NCBI GenBank assembly: GCA_965140445.1
Contig: OZ223236.1
Coordinates: 3,776,001-3,840,000 of the forward strand
From: Candidatus Ozemobacteraceae bacterium
GTDB taxonomy: Bacteria; Muiribacteriota; Ozemobacteria; Ozemobacterales; Ozemobacteraceae
Reading direction: 5' to 3'
DNA: 64,000 nt
Every line of letters begins with the position of its first letter. Positions within the stretch are counted from its first letter, which is position 1. A program made the position numbers and the translations under genes. Of this stretch, positions 19,315 through 29,100 are shown in pieces. The notes under the pieces are model-generated. The model did no database searches, was not told the origin of the DNA, and saw only the letters and a list, made by a program, of their open reading frames with translations.

Positions 19315-20238
19315 TCAATTCTTACGAGGACTTATCCGGTAAAAACGATTCTCAAGGGTAAGTCCCTGAATCTTGTCAAAGCTGGTTCCAATTGATGTAT
19401 CAAGCTTTTTAATTCTAACATCTGGATGGGGATGGGTTTTGAATAACAGCTCCACGCCTTCGTGATCTTGTGCATAATGACCTATTTGCTGAAGCACTGC
19501 CGGCAGACTAAAAGCATCATACCCGGCTCTGGCGGTTAGTACAACTGCAATTCGATCAGCTTCAAATTCCGAGCGTTGATCAAGCGCGCGAGCTACAATC
19601 TCAGCACCGCTGCCAATCAATTTTTGTGCCTTTTCATTGCTCTTGATTTTTTGTGAAACCATTCGGCTGCCCAGATTAAGCAAACGACTTTTTAGAAGAA
19701 TTTTTAGATGATGTTTTCGCAAAACATGACCGATTTCATGGGCTAAAACACCGGCCAATTCTGCTTCATTTTGCAGCAAAGCATACAATCCTCTGGTTAC
19801 AAAAATGTATCCTCCGGGAGCAGCAAATGCATTTACATCCGAAGATTCAATAACTCCAAAGTGCCATGGGAGATCAGTTAATTCGCTTTGATCAGCAACC
19901 CAACGCCCAACAAGGTTCACGTATTTTTGCAAAAAATCGTCTTTAACCAGGGGCACCGCCCCCAAAAGGTTACCCGCAACCTGCCGGCCTATAGCTATTT
20001 CTTCTTCCTGAGAAACTGTAGCAAGGGCTTCGCCAAATCCCTTTCTGGCTTTTTCAGGCAAACGATTTCTTAGCTTTTCCAGCAATTGCTTTTTGTAGTC
20101 AACGCCCCTGGCAGGAATACTGGTGCCACTGGCAATCAACTTTTCCCGGGCCAGATCCAGTAAATACTGCTTAAAATCTACTGCTTGCCCTGCAATTCCG
20201 ATGCAACACAGAAAAACTGTTAAAGCTATTTTTTTCAT
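19315..20238 (-). CDS. M48 family zinc metalloprotease
   Basis: EEEIAIG, NAFAAPGG, LAHEIGH, EFEAD, FKTHPHP. Confidence 0.92.
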   Translation of the reverse strand: MKKIALTVFLCCIGIAGQAVDFKQYLLDLAREKLIASGTSIPARGVDYKKQLLEKLRNRLPEKARKGFGEALATVSQEEEIAIGRQVAGNLLGAVPLVKDDFLQKYVNLVGRWVADQSELTDLPWHFGVIESSDVNAFAAPGGYIFVTRGLYALLQNEAELAGVLAHEIGHVLRKHHLKILLKSRLLNLGSRMVSQKIKSNEKAQKLIGSGAEIVARALDQRSEFEADRIAVVLTARAGYDAFSLPAVLQQIGHYAQDHEGVELLFKTHPHPDVRIKKLDTSIGTSFDKIQGLTLENRFYRISPRKN

Positions 20239-20771
20239 TTTATTCCCTCTCCCTTCAAATAGGGTATGGAACGACCAACAAGTTTGCCTTCCATGGCAAA
20301 TAATCTGGCTTTTGCACTATTCGCAGCATATGATTCAACAAGCTCAAGCTGTCTGGCATTAAACCTGGCTGACTTCAGATTTTCTTCATTCAATCCACGA
20401 ATACCAGTTGTCAGAACTACTTTTCCAGTTCCTGCACGGCCAGAAGTAAGAGACAATAGTCCTTTGGGGGTGTATTTCACCTTCGAAACCCCAGCTCTTT
20501 TAACGCTAAGCATCCTGACCCATCCGGTTCCCAGCTTGCTTCTCACTTGCATCCACCCGCCTTTTCGCTTGAGGATGTCGACATTGTCATTAAGTTCTAA
20601 CGCCCCTATCACCTTTGCATCGCTAAATGGTTCAGCTCTTATAAAATCTTTCCTTAGCATGCTTCCCGTGTTGGCTTTTTTGGCGATTTTCTCCGGTTTT
20701 TCTCCCCACAGGGGCCAGACAAATGTAAAAAAGACTGCCAGAAGCAACAATCCTGTAAAAATTCGTTTCAT
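20235..20771 (-). CDS. Secreted bacterial SH3b domain protein
   Basis: IRAEPFSDAKVIG...RKGGWMQV...GWVRMLSV; TTGIRGLNEE. Confidence 0.8.
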   Translation of the reverse strand: MKRIFTGLLLLAVFFTFVWPLWGEKPEKIAKKANTGSMLRKDFIRAEPFSDAKVIGALELNDNVDILKRKGGWMQVRSKLGTGWVRMLSVKRAGVSKVKYTPKGLLSLTSGRAGTGKVVLTTGIRGLNEENLKSARFNARQLELVESYAANSAKARLFAMEGKLVGRSIPYLKGEGIK

Positions 20772-22489
20772 TTTTTTGCCTTCCTTTTATTTGAGGAATG
20801 CCATTGAATCAAAGCTTCAGCAAACAACAAGCGCCAGCTCTCTTCGGCATCCTCTCCGCATGAAATTTGGCCGTGGTGCACAAACCATGAAGCGGCACCC
20901 TCTACCTTTATCAATTCTTTCCGCATCAGTTCAGGGAAAATTGCAATGGCGATTTCAGCATCCTCCATAATTTCCACTGTTGCGGTACAATCTTCGATTG
21001 GAGCTATCCAGCAGACAGCCAATGTCTTTTCAAAAAGGCTCCAGAGACCTTTTTCATCATGGCGCATAACTTCTACACTTTTCTCAAGTTTTCCTGATTT
21101 TAAAAGCCCCACACGAATGTTTTCCCAACCGATTTCGCTGATTTCGTGTGTATCTATCCGGATAAGCAACAAAGTTGCCTGAGCTTTACCGGTTTTCCCC
21201 ATTGATACTCTAACCATACTGCTTTCAAGGGCTTTTTTGGTTAAGGTCGCATAGGTTCTGGTGATACTAAAATATGCTAATGCAAGAGAAACGGGGCCGG
21301 TAAGGTTGATATAAACGTTACTGAAATTAATACTGGCATATGAAACACTGACCAGGAAACACTGTGAAAACCCGAACCACCAGTCAAGAATAATTGGGTC
21401 CACAGACTTATAGAATCCGATTGCTGTCACCCAGACAATTGCCAGAGCCAATAACAAATACAATACCTGTGCCTGGGGGAAACGCAGGAAATCATCATGT
21501 TTGAAGTTATCAATTGCAGTCGCCAGAATTTCTACACCTGGATGCATCTGGCTCATCGGCGTCATTTTCACGTCAAACAGGCTTGGAGCAGTAGAACCAA
21601 CGATTAAAATCTTCCCTTTAAATTCGTCTTTAGGCCGAAGTTTATTTTTTCGGGTTAAGTCTTTAAACACTTCTGCAAAGCTGACAAACTTATAAGTAAA
21701 CGGAGCTCCGCGCCAATTCAGCAAGACGCTTTTCGAATCAGGCAGGGGCCAGCCGAAACTTCTTCCAACTGTGGCCGGTAAAGATGGTATTTTCCAGCCA
21801 TAGGCATTGCTGTATAGATTGTATTGTCTTACAATAGCGTCATCATCGGGATAAATATTGTGCAGGCCGAGATGCCGTGCCGTTAATGCTGCCTGAAAAT
21901 GGGGAAGCACCATAGCAATTGTGGCGTCCTTTTTGACTTTGCCGTTTCCTGCCTTGACTCCAGGAATCATTGATGCTTTTAACTGGCTCAGTTTGTCATT
22001 AGAGGGGTCCAGTCGCAGCATTGGGAAAAACGTATTACTGGCATTGGCAATAGCAGAATTGAAATACTCATCACTTTCAGGATTGTAAAGGTCCGGATCG
22101 CTAAACAGGATATCAAAAACAATTGCTTTCGGCTTCTGCTCTTCAATCAGCTCAATAAATTCCCCAAAGATCTGCCGTGGCCATGGCCATCTTCCAAACT
22201 CCTGCGCCATAGAATCCAGACTTGCCTCGTTAATATCCAGAATAACAATATCCGGATCAGGCTTTGGCTTAATAATTCGGTAATGTAAAATGGCATCAAA
22301 AGCCCCTAAACGCATTTTTTCCGTAAAACGAAAAACAGTAGTATCAGCAATGGCAAAAATGGTAAACAACACAGCAAGATATATGTAAATGGTCTTCTTA
22401 AACCGTCGCCCCAGCCATACCCCCAGAGCAACCCATCCGCCGTTCCAGAAATTACTGATTCTCAATTTGAGATCCACGTCTGCACCCAT
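20768..22489 (-). CDS. CHASE2 domain membrane sensor with no recognisable cyclase or kinase output domain
   Basis: IVILDINEASL, GRWPWPR, FDILFSD, GKILIVGSTA, PGVEILATAIDN, 3 TMs. Confidence 0.85.
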   Translation of the reverse strand: MGADVDLKLRISNFWNGGWVALGVWLGRRFKKTIYIYLAVLFTIFAIADTTVFRFTEKMRLGAFDAILHYRIIKPKPDPDIVILDINEASLDSMAQEFGRWPWPRQIFGEFIELIEEQKPKAIVFDILFSDPDLYNPESDEYFNSAIANASNTFFPMLRLDPSNDKLSQLKASMIPGVKAGNGKVKKDATIAMVLPHFQAALTARHLGLHNIYPDDDAIVRQYNLYSNAYGWKIPSLPATVGRSFGWPLPDSKSVLLNWRGAPFTYKFVSFAEVFKDLTRKNKLRPKDEFKGKILIVGSTAPSLFDVKMTPMSQMHPGVEILATAIDNFKHDDFLRFPQAQVLYLLLALAIVWVTAIGFYKSVDPIILDWWFGFSQCFLVSVSYASINFSNVYINLTGPVSLALAYFSITRTYATLTKKALESSMVRVSMGKTGKAQATLLLIRIDTHEISEIGWENIRVGLLKSGKLEKSVEVMRHDEKGLWSLFEKTLAVCWIAPIEDCTATVEIMEDAEIAIAIFPELMRKELIKVEGAASWFVHHGQISCGEDAEESWRLLFAEALIQWHSSNKRKAKK

Positions 22490-23322
22490 TATAGAAAATT
22501 CTGTTCTTTCAATTAGCTAAGCACTCATTAGATCAAATTGTCAATTACGTTTTTACCCCATTGAATGGTTCTGCTAAAAAGCAGCCGCCGCAATTTCGCA
22601 TCGTTTAGATTTGAGGATAAACACAGGCTTTTCAAGGGAAATTTGCCAAAATGACGGGTTCCATAGAGAGCATTGACGAGAAAACATTTGTAATATGCTT
22701 GTTTATGAAATAAAAAAGAAAATTCTCAAGCATATTGCTTTGGAAGCAACCACATTTCAGTTTGTTCCTTAGCTTTTTCAAAATTTTCTAAGACCAACCA
22801 TTTCACATTTGTTTCAAAAACCGTAATTTTTTTGTCCGTAAATCTTCAAAATAATGATTTTTAAAACTTACAACACCTCCGTCAAGCAATGTAATAGATG
22901 CTATTATGTGGAAAACTATAGGTTTTAAAACAGAATTTTGTCGGCTTCAATAATTGCCTTAACTTTTTAGCTTTTCAGTATTATAATTATGCGGAATGAG
23001 GATAAAAATAGCTGTTCTGGCAAAAAAATGAGACCAAATATTACCAGCCAACATTACAAAAAAGACCAAAACAAATGGGTAACGCTGGAACAAAGGTGAC
23101 GCGGGCAAAAGAATGTTCTTGGGCAATAATTTTATGTGTTGAAGTGGGGCAAATAAGACTGAACAAAATCTATTGACTCTGTTCACCGGATGAGGTTAAC
23201 TAACTATTAGCTCGTGAGCGGTTTCACAGAGTGTGAATAACAGATTTATAAAAGAAATTGGCTTTATTTACTGGCAAACATTATCACCGCTGTGCCAAAA
23301 AAAGAAGTTTAGAGAGGTATTT

Positions 23323-24078
23323 ATGCGTAAAGTGAATTTTTTTGTTCTTTTTTTTGTAGTTTTATCGTTTTTTTTCCTTGCAAGAGACCAAAGTTCTTAC
23401 GCAATCCCACCCTTGCCTCAAGAAGCTATGAATCCAAAAGACCCTGTAGTCCAGCAAGAAAAAGCCTCAGGAAATAATAGTAGCTTGGAAGTAAAATATG
23501 ATAATGGCCCAGAACAAAGTCCCATCAAACCAAGTAAGAAATCCATGGAATATCTTGAATTGCAAGAGAAGTATAATGATTTGCTAGAAGCGACTTCCAA
23601 GGCACAAGACAAGAGAATCAGTGAAGCCGAAGAAGGATATGATGCTCTTATAAATAAATATGAACGTGCTAAGAATCAGAGTTTTGGGTTGTCTGTTCTT
23701 GTCTTAGTAGCGCTGATTATCACACTTTGGTTGATTCAGTGGCCTCAGAGTAAAGTTGAAAATAGGTTGTCAGATGGAGCCCAGATTAGGATTTTCGGGT
23801 TGGCGTTAATTATTTTTGGTTCTATTTATCTGGTAACCGCAGGCTTCGATAAGGAGCAAATAAACCCTGTGTTAACAATTTTTGGCACGGTTGCTGGTTA
23901 CCTTTTAGCAAAGGAAACAAAACCAAACAAGCTTTCAGCAACTGAATCTCGTTTGGGTATAAGGCCAGGCGCCCCCTCCCCTCCAACAATTGATTCAAGT
24001 TTGAAAAATGAACCAGACACAACTACACCATTGGGTGTAGATGAAAAATCTCAAAAAATCATAGAGGGGAAATCGTGA
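23323..24078 (+). CDS. Hypothetical: signal/anchor, coiled coil, 3-TM module (…NPVLTIFGTVAGYLLAKE)
   Basis: ATG 23323 with GAGAGG RBS; heptad segment; three hydrophobic helices. Confidence 0.75.
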   Translation: MRKVNFFVLFFVVLSFFFLARDQSSYAIPPLPQEAMNPKDPVVQQEKASGNNSSLEVKYDNGPEQSPIKPSKKSMEYLELQEKYNDLLEATSKAQDKRISEAEEGYDALINKYERAKNQSFGLSVLVLVALIITLWLIQWPQSKVENRLSDGAQIRIFGLALIIFGSIYLVTAGFDKEQINPVLTIFGTVAGYLLAKETKPNKLSATESRLGIRPGAPSPPTIDSSLKNEPDTTTPLGVDEKSQKIIEGKS

Positions 24079-24539
24079 AAAAGCTAGGATTTGTATTGTT
24101 TTTTTTATTTGGCCTTGTAAGCGCTGGCATGGGTTCAAACGAAACAATGATTAAAGAAGATGGTCTTCATGATCAAAAAGAAAAAAGTAAGAACATATGT
24201 AAAGAAATTGAACCTTCCATTATCAATACAACAATCACTGATTCAGAGTTGTTAACAGAAAGCATGTCTAATAGCGAAAATTTTGAGTCTGCTGTATCAA
24301 ATTTGAGGAAAATGTTTGGCAAGCAAAAAAACAAAAGTGACCTTGCCACGTTAGAGGCTAACATATCGGAAATAAGACGAGTGTTAGATTGTCCGAGATA
24401 TTTGCCTGATATCTCGGGAAAGAATCATTATAAAGCTATTTTAGATGAGCTTAGGGCTGAATTGAAAAGGGAAAAGGAAAAAAATAAGGTCCTAGAGAAA
24501 AAAATTGAGGAGCTAAACAGAATAATCAAAAATAGATAG
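24075..24539 (+). CDS. Secreted coiled-coil hypothetical protein
   Basis: GTGA overlap with the upstream stop; signal peptide MKKLGFVLFFLFGLVSAG; C-terminal heptads. Confidence 0.7.
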   Translation: MKKLGFVLFFLFGLVSAGMGSNETMIKEDGLHDQKEKSKNICKEIEPSIINTTITDSELLTESMSNSENFESAVSNLRKMFGKQKNKSDLATLEANISEIRRVLDCPRYLPDISGKNHYKAILDELRAELKREKEKNKVLEKKIEELNRIIKNR

Positions 24540-24670
24540 AATGGCTTTAACCAAATAAGTATTTTCTCAACACAAATGTTTGGTCCTTAAGATAAAGTCC
24601 TCAGGAATTGGAGTTTTGATTCAAAATTATCTCATTTGTGTTTGCCTTCTTTAGTTGATTAATGATGTCA

Positions 24671-25038
24671 CTAAATTTCCAAAGGAGTAAATTTATGAGA
24701 AGAATTGCCCTGTTTGCAGTCTGCATTTCTGCAGAAAAGCTTTCTATTTCTGAGCACATAAATTATTTTCTTGTCCTGAATTGACAGGTCTTGGAAGCTT
24801 CTCTCATAAAATGAGTGTATTTTCGATGATGCGCACCCGCAGTAATGGCAATTTACGCTCTTCTTGAGCGATCTGACGTAAATATAAACTGTGTCGCCAA
24901 TAATTTCATGCTTCACATAGGAAAGATTCTTTTACAACATTTTGACAATCTTGTCCATTCCTGATCCTAAAATTCAAATTTTAGCGGGTGGAGCCTAGTA
25001 CAATTAAGAACAAAAGTCAACTAACCATGGAAAGAGCC
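24671..25038 (-). pseudogene. ISL3-family remnant: left end plus truncated transposase
   Basis: Left end GGCTCTTTCC at 25038; ATG 24958, in-frame TAA at codon 9; CHYCG...HSFYERSFQDL...RKLFCRNADC zinc-finger region. Confidence 0.8.
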
Positions 25039-25096
25039 TATTTTTCCCAGTGAACGTGGAAAGCGTTTTTCCCTGTTTTTGAGAAAAAAATAATGA

Positions 25097-25430
25097 TTAT
25101 TTCTCCTTTTTTAAAGTTCTGTAGGACTTTCCGTCCAAGCTGAAGATTCGTGCATGATGAAGCAGTCTATCCAGCATTGCCGTTGTCATGACTTCATCTC
25201 CCATCATTTCAGCCCAGGAATCGAAACTTTTGTTCGATGTGATGGTTATTGAAGCTTTCTCTTAGAGCTCGCTAATCAGGTTAAAGAATAGATTTGCTTT
25301 CCTCCTTTCTATTGGTGTATAGCCGATTTCGTCTATGATCACCAGATCTGATTTAAGAATTCTGTTTATCCTGAAGGCAGCTCCCCTCTGAACCTCAGCT
25401 GTTTTAAGCAGCTTTATAAGATTAGAGACT
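25097..25430 (-). pseudogene. istB: IS21-family IstB C-terminal remnant
   Basis: DLVIIDEIGY...LFFNLISEL*EKASITITSNKSFDSW...TAMLDRLLHHARIFSLDGKSYR; internal TAA at 25262-25264. Confidence 0.88.
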
Positions 25431-25587
25431 CTTTCTGACACTTGCTCCGTTAAGGATCGCATTTTTTACCTGCAAAAAGGTTGGATTACCGCCATCAAAT
25501 AACTTTAACAAATCCGGCTTATCTGGGCCTGCCATTGCAAATTGAGTAGAACAACAAAACCAAAAGAATTCTCACATATCTGTTCAT
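25431..25587 (-). pseudogene. Frameshifted 5' remnant of a secreted, possibly ankyrin-repeat protein
   Basis: AGGAG RBS, ATG 25587 MNRYVRILLVLLFYS; after a 1-nt shift FAMAGPDKPDLLKLFDGGNPTFLQVKNAILNGASV. Confidence 0.4.
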
Positions 25588-25761
25588 AAAAACTCCTAAA
25601 GCCAGATTAATATGAATATACGATACCTTACTGACAAGGTAACGATCAAAACAGCTTCAGTTCTTTTATTTAATTAAATGGTTCAGCAGAATACGGAGTT
25701 TTTGAGTCGCTCAAATTTGCCAATGCTATGGTCGTCGTGTTGCTAAAAAAATCCTAAAACC

Positions 25762-25795
25762 AAAAAAACCGAAATCTTTGCAGATTTCGGGTTTT
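25762..25795 (-). terminator. Intrinsic terminator downstream of the avs1 operon
   Basis: Minus strand CCGAAATCT-GCAA-AGATTTCGG-TTTTTTT. Confidence 0.85.
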
Positions 25796-25898
25796 CGGTG
25801 GAGCTGATCACTATCTAAAGATGAGTGGAAAACCTTTTCGTGAGATTTTTTGGGGGTGTGTTTCTGCTGGAGAACCGCCTTTTTAAAGATGCAATTTT

Positions 25899-26168
25899 TC
25901 AACTTTTACTTTTTTTGGCCTTCAATTCTTCTAAAAGGCTCTTCATTTTATCAGAATTGAAGTGAGCCGAAGTATTTGCAGATAATCTTGCGCTTTCATT
26001 TACAGAAAGGAAATTAATCCTTCCATTGGGCAGAAAAAACACTTTTGCCAAATCTTTCCCTTGCTTTGGTAAAATGTTAAACCTACCGCTTTTCAATTCA
26101 GCAGTAAGCAAGTGAAAGTTTCTTTCAAACTCTCCCCTTGTTTTTGGTCTATTCATTGGTTCAAGCAT
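25899..26168 (-). CDS. avs1c: AVAST type 1 small subunit Avs1c
   Basis: PKTRGEFERNFHLL...LPNGRINFLSVNESARLSAN; directly follows avs1b. Confidence 0.85.
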   Translation of the reverse strand: MLEPMNRPKTRGEFERNFHLLTAELKSGRFNILPKQGKDLAKVFFLPNGRINFLSVNESARLSANTSAHFNSDKMKSLLEELKAKKSKS

Positions 26169-26169
26169 T

Positions 26170-29100
26170 TCAATATCCCCTTGTATAGTTATTACCTTCT
26201 GAGTCGATTATTCCCATAAATGTATCATTGTTAAATAGATACCATATAAGCTCTCGGTCATTGGGAATAGAAATTTGCTCTTTTTCAATTGCAAGTAGGC
26301 AGCCTTCATATTTTGGTTGCCCTAAGCAATAAGGAGAGCTACTTCTATTTATTAGCCAGCTTATTCTTTGGAAGCCATCTGCCTTTAATTTTATTATTTG
26401 AGAAAAATGAGGGAAAGGAATAGCTGGAGTAACCTCTCCGCCAAAAATTGGAGCTGGGTCAAAAGTTATGCAGGTTTCATAATCCGAATCAATTTTTCTA
26501 AAATCTGGTTGATCTGATGAACACATTTTCTGAAAATTCCTTGGATGTGGGAAAGCCATCTCTTGAAGCTGACTTGAATGAATATAGCATGCTATGGCCT
26601 CAACCGATAGATTTCTTTGGTTTTCGGCATCCCGTAAAATCCCATAAAAATGTAAGAAATACTGATCCTCATTCCCAATAATCTTTCTAATATCATCTCT
26701 AATAGGATCATCTAAAAAGGGTATATTTAAATTTCTCATTGAAAAAGCATCGGTGAGGTTTCTTCTTGGAAAAGATTGATTGTATGGCCTAATCAATCTC
26801 TCTATTTCAATAATTTCTTCTTCAGTCAAAAGTTTAAATAACGAAACATTTAAGGCAAACCGAACTTTTGCTTCCCATCTATTTAAGTAACTGTTGTTTC
26901 TTTCACGGAATCCTTTGGAAACCAAATTTTCAATCTCAAAAGCCTCTGAAATTTTTAAAGGCAAGCAAACTTTTTTCAATTCCGTTGTCATTTCTGAAAT
27001 TATATGCTTTATGGAGAATTCCATATCGTGAAGAGGTTGTAGAATGTGAGAAATACATTCAGCCCAATAAGGAATCGAGTATTCGCTGTTATTATTTTCT
27101 TGCGTTAGTTTTTCATTCCTTATTTTTTGGGAAAGCTCTTTTAGAATTTTTGCCCCAGTTTTAGAACCTGAATCAGCAGCTCTTTTAGAAATTCGTCTTA
27201 AAATCAACAGTCTGCTAGCGTGCTTACAATGAGAAATTATTTTTTTCTTTTCAAGGGTTGGGCAAACAATACTCCATAAAGCTAGTGGATCCTTCGATGA
27301 AAAACTGTCAATAATCCCAGCTAAAATGTCTGGGCTATAGCCAACTTTCATTGAGAATGCTTCTTGGATTACATTATTAAAAAAGCTTGCTTTAGGAGAA
27401 ACTAGCCAAAGGAGCATTTCAATTGCTTTTTCCCGTCTAAGCCTTTTAGGGTGGTCAACCAGCCAAGCTACTAGTGAATACAGAGTTTCGTTCCCATCAA
27501 GTTTATTTGATTTGTCTAAAAAACTATAGGTGTTAATTTCATTATTTGCATTTCCAACTACTTGTTGAAAATGTTCGAAAATGTAGTCAAGGAGAATTGA
27601 TTTACTCTCATCAGGGCTCAGCTTCATAATCTTAGGTATTAAGTACCCAGCGATTAACCACTTTTCAGTAAATTGCTCATTTTCAATCATTGAAGAGTAA
27701 AAACTAATTAACTCATGGCTATCCTTTGAAGCTTGCAAGATTATGGCTTCAGCCTCTCTGTGTGATGCTGAGTGAGAATTTGTCCATATTCCCCATCCTC
27801 CATCTTGGAGTATTTTAATTGCGTTGGCGGAAGCCTCTGCAGAGGCAATCTGATTACCCAATTCAAGTTCACTTTTCGCCCTATTTAATTCTGACTGAAA
27901 ATTTGCTGAAGAAGCTTTTGTTCCAAAAGTTCCTGGCATAAATAGGAGATTCTCATCTATATCATCATCAGTTTCCCTAACCTTGTCATCATCAATATCA
28001 TGATTTTCGTCTTTTGATGGTGAGATAGTATTAGGAAATTGCTGGGTAGAGCCCTTCTCAGCTTCAATAGTCAGCTTTTCTTTGAGTTTGTTAAAACTTT
28101 GATGAAACTTTTCATTTAGGTGTTCAAAAAAAGATTTTAAGAAGGTTAAGAGATCGCAAGAGTCTAATTCTGTTCCTGTAACAATATTTAGCCTATAGAT
28201 TATTTCATGATTTTCTTCCGGTTTTCCAAAGTTTTGATTTACTATTTCGGCATACTCTTTTGCAAAATCAGTTAAATATCTCTCATCCCCGCACTGGAAA
28301 ACTTCCAGCAAGGCCCACCTCAAACGCCAGTTTTGCTTCTTAGAGTTTTTGACAATTTCAAGAATAGCACTTTGCTCATCAATTGCGCCTCCTGGAAAGC
28401 GCATTCCCTCAAACTTGGATATTTTATCAACATTTCCGCTCAAAGCCTCATTTTTTAGATGCTCTAAAGGTCCGCAGGATTGGTGAACAAAATATTGAAA
28501 GCCTCCTTCAAATTTGTCTCTACGGAATAACTCTGCAATCAATTCGTGTTTTTGCTGTCTAACATATCGTTGAAAAGTCATTTCACCAGAGCAGTGTTCA
28601 AGATAGCCTGCTATTTTTGAAAAAAACTTGGATTCTTCCGAAAAGTGATCTGTGCTCTTAAATGATTCAAGCATTAAGCTTAATTGATCTTCTTTGTACC
28701 AATTAGGCCCCATTGAAAGTTCTAGCGCTTTTTCAAAAAGAGATTTTGCTTCTTCATGTGCAGAGAAATGGGTGAAATATGGGATCAAATGCAGAATCTC
28801 TGGAACTAATTCATGCCGATTTTCAATTCCTGAAATGAGATAGTTTTTCCAGAATTTTAATATTTTGAATGCTTCCCCAGAAACTTGCTTGTTACGTTTA
28901 GTGAATGTTAATTCGAAAATTAGAATATCAAGAACTTGCCTGAATCCTTCATTATATAAACCAAGTTGCTTGGGTAGCCTAGTGTTCAAGCTCTTTAAGA
29001 ATTCAAGAATTTTATCGTGAAAGCAGTTAAGGAAGATGGATATCACTTTTTGATAAATGAAGGGCAAAAGTTGCTCTGGAATTGCGTATCCATCTACCCA

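Noticed and set aside
20266..20970. 234-aa + strand ORF
   Set aside because: Antisense shadow of the SH3 and CHASE2 genes; no motifs
22959..23186. 75-aa minus-strand ORF
   Set aside because: No convincing RBS or motif; may be a remnant but cannot be supported
23158..23250. Partial inverted repeats (ACTCTGT/ACAGAGT; AAATCT/AGATTT) as an attC or ncRNA
   Set aside because: No L-box spacing or terminal GTT; pairing is discontinuous
24545..24600. CTTTAAC just after the 24539 stop as an attC R'' box
   Set aside because: No L'' box or complementary arm follows
24671..25462. Stop-codon reassignment suggested by in-frame TAA in two IS genes
   Set aside because: TAA ends many intact genes here; both IS genes are also truncated, so this is ordinary decay
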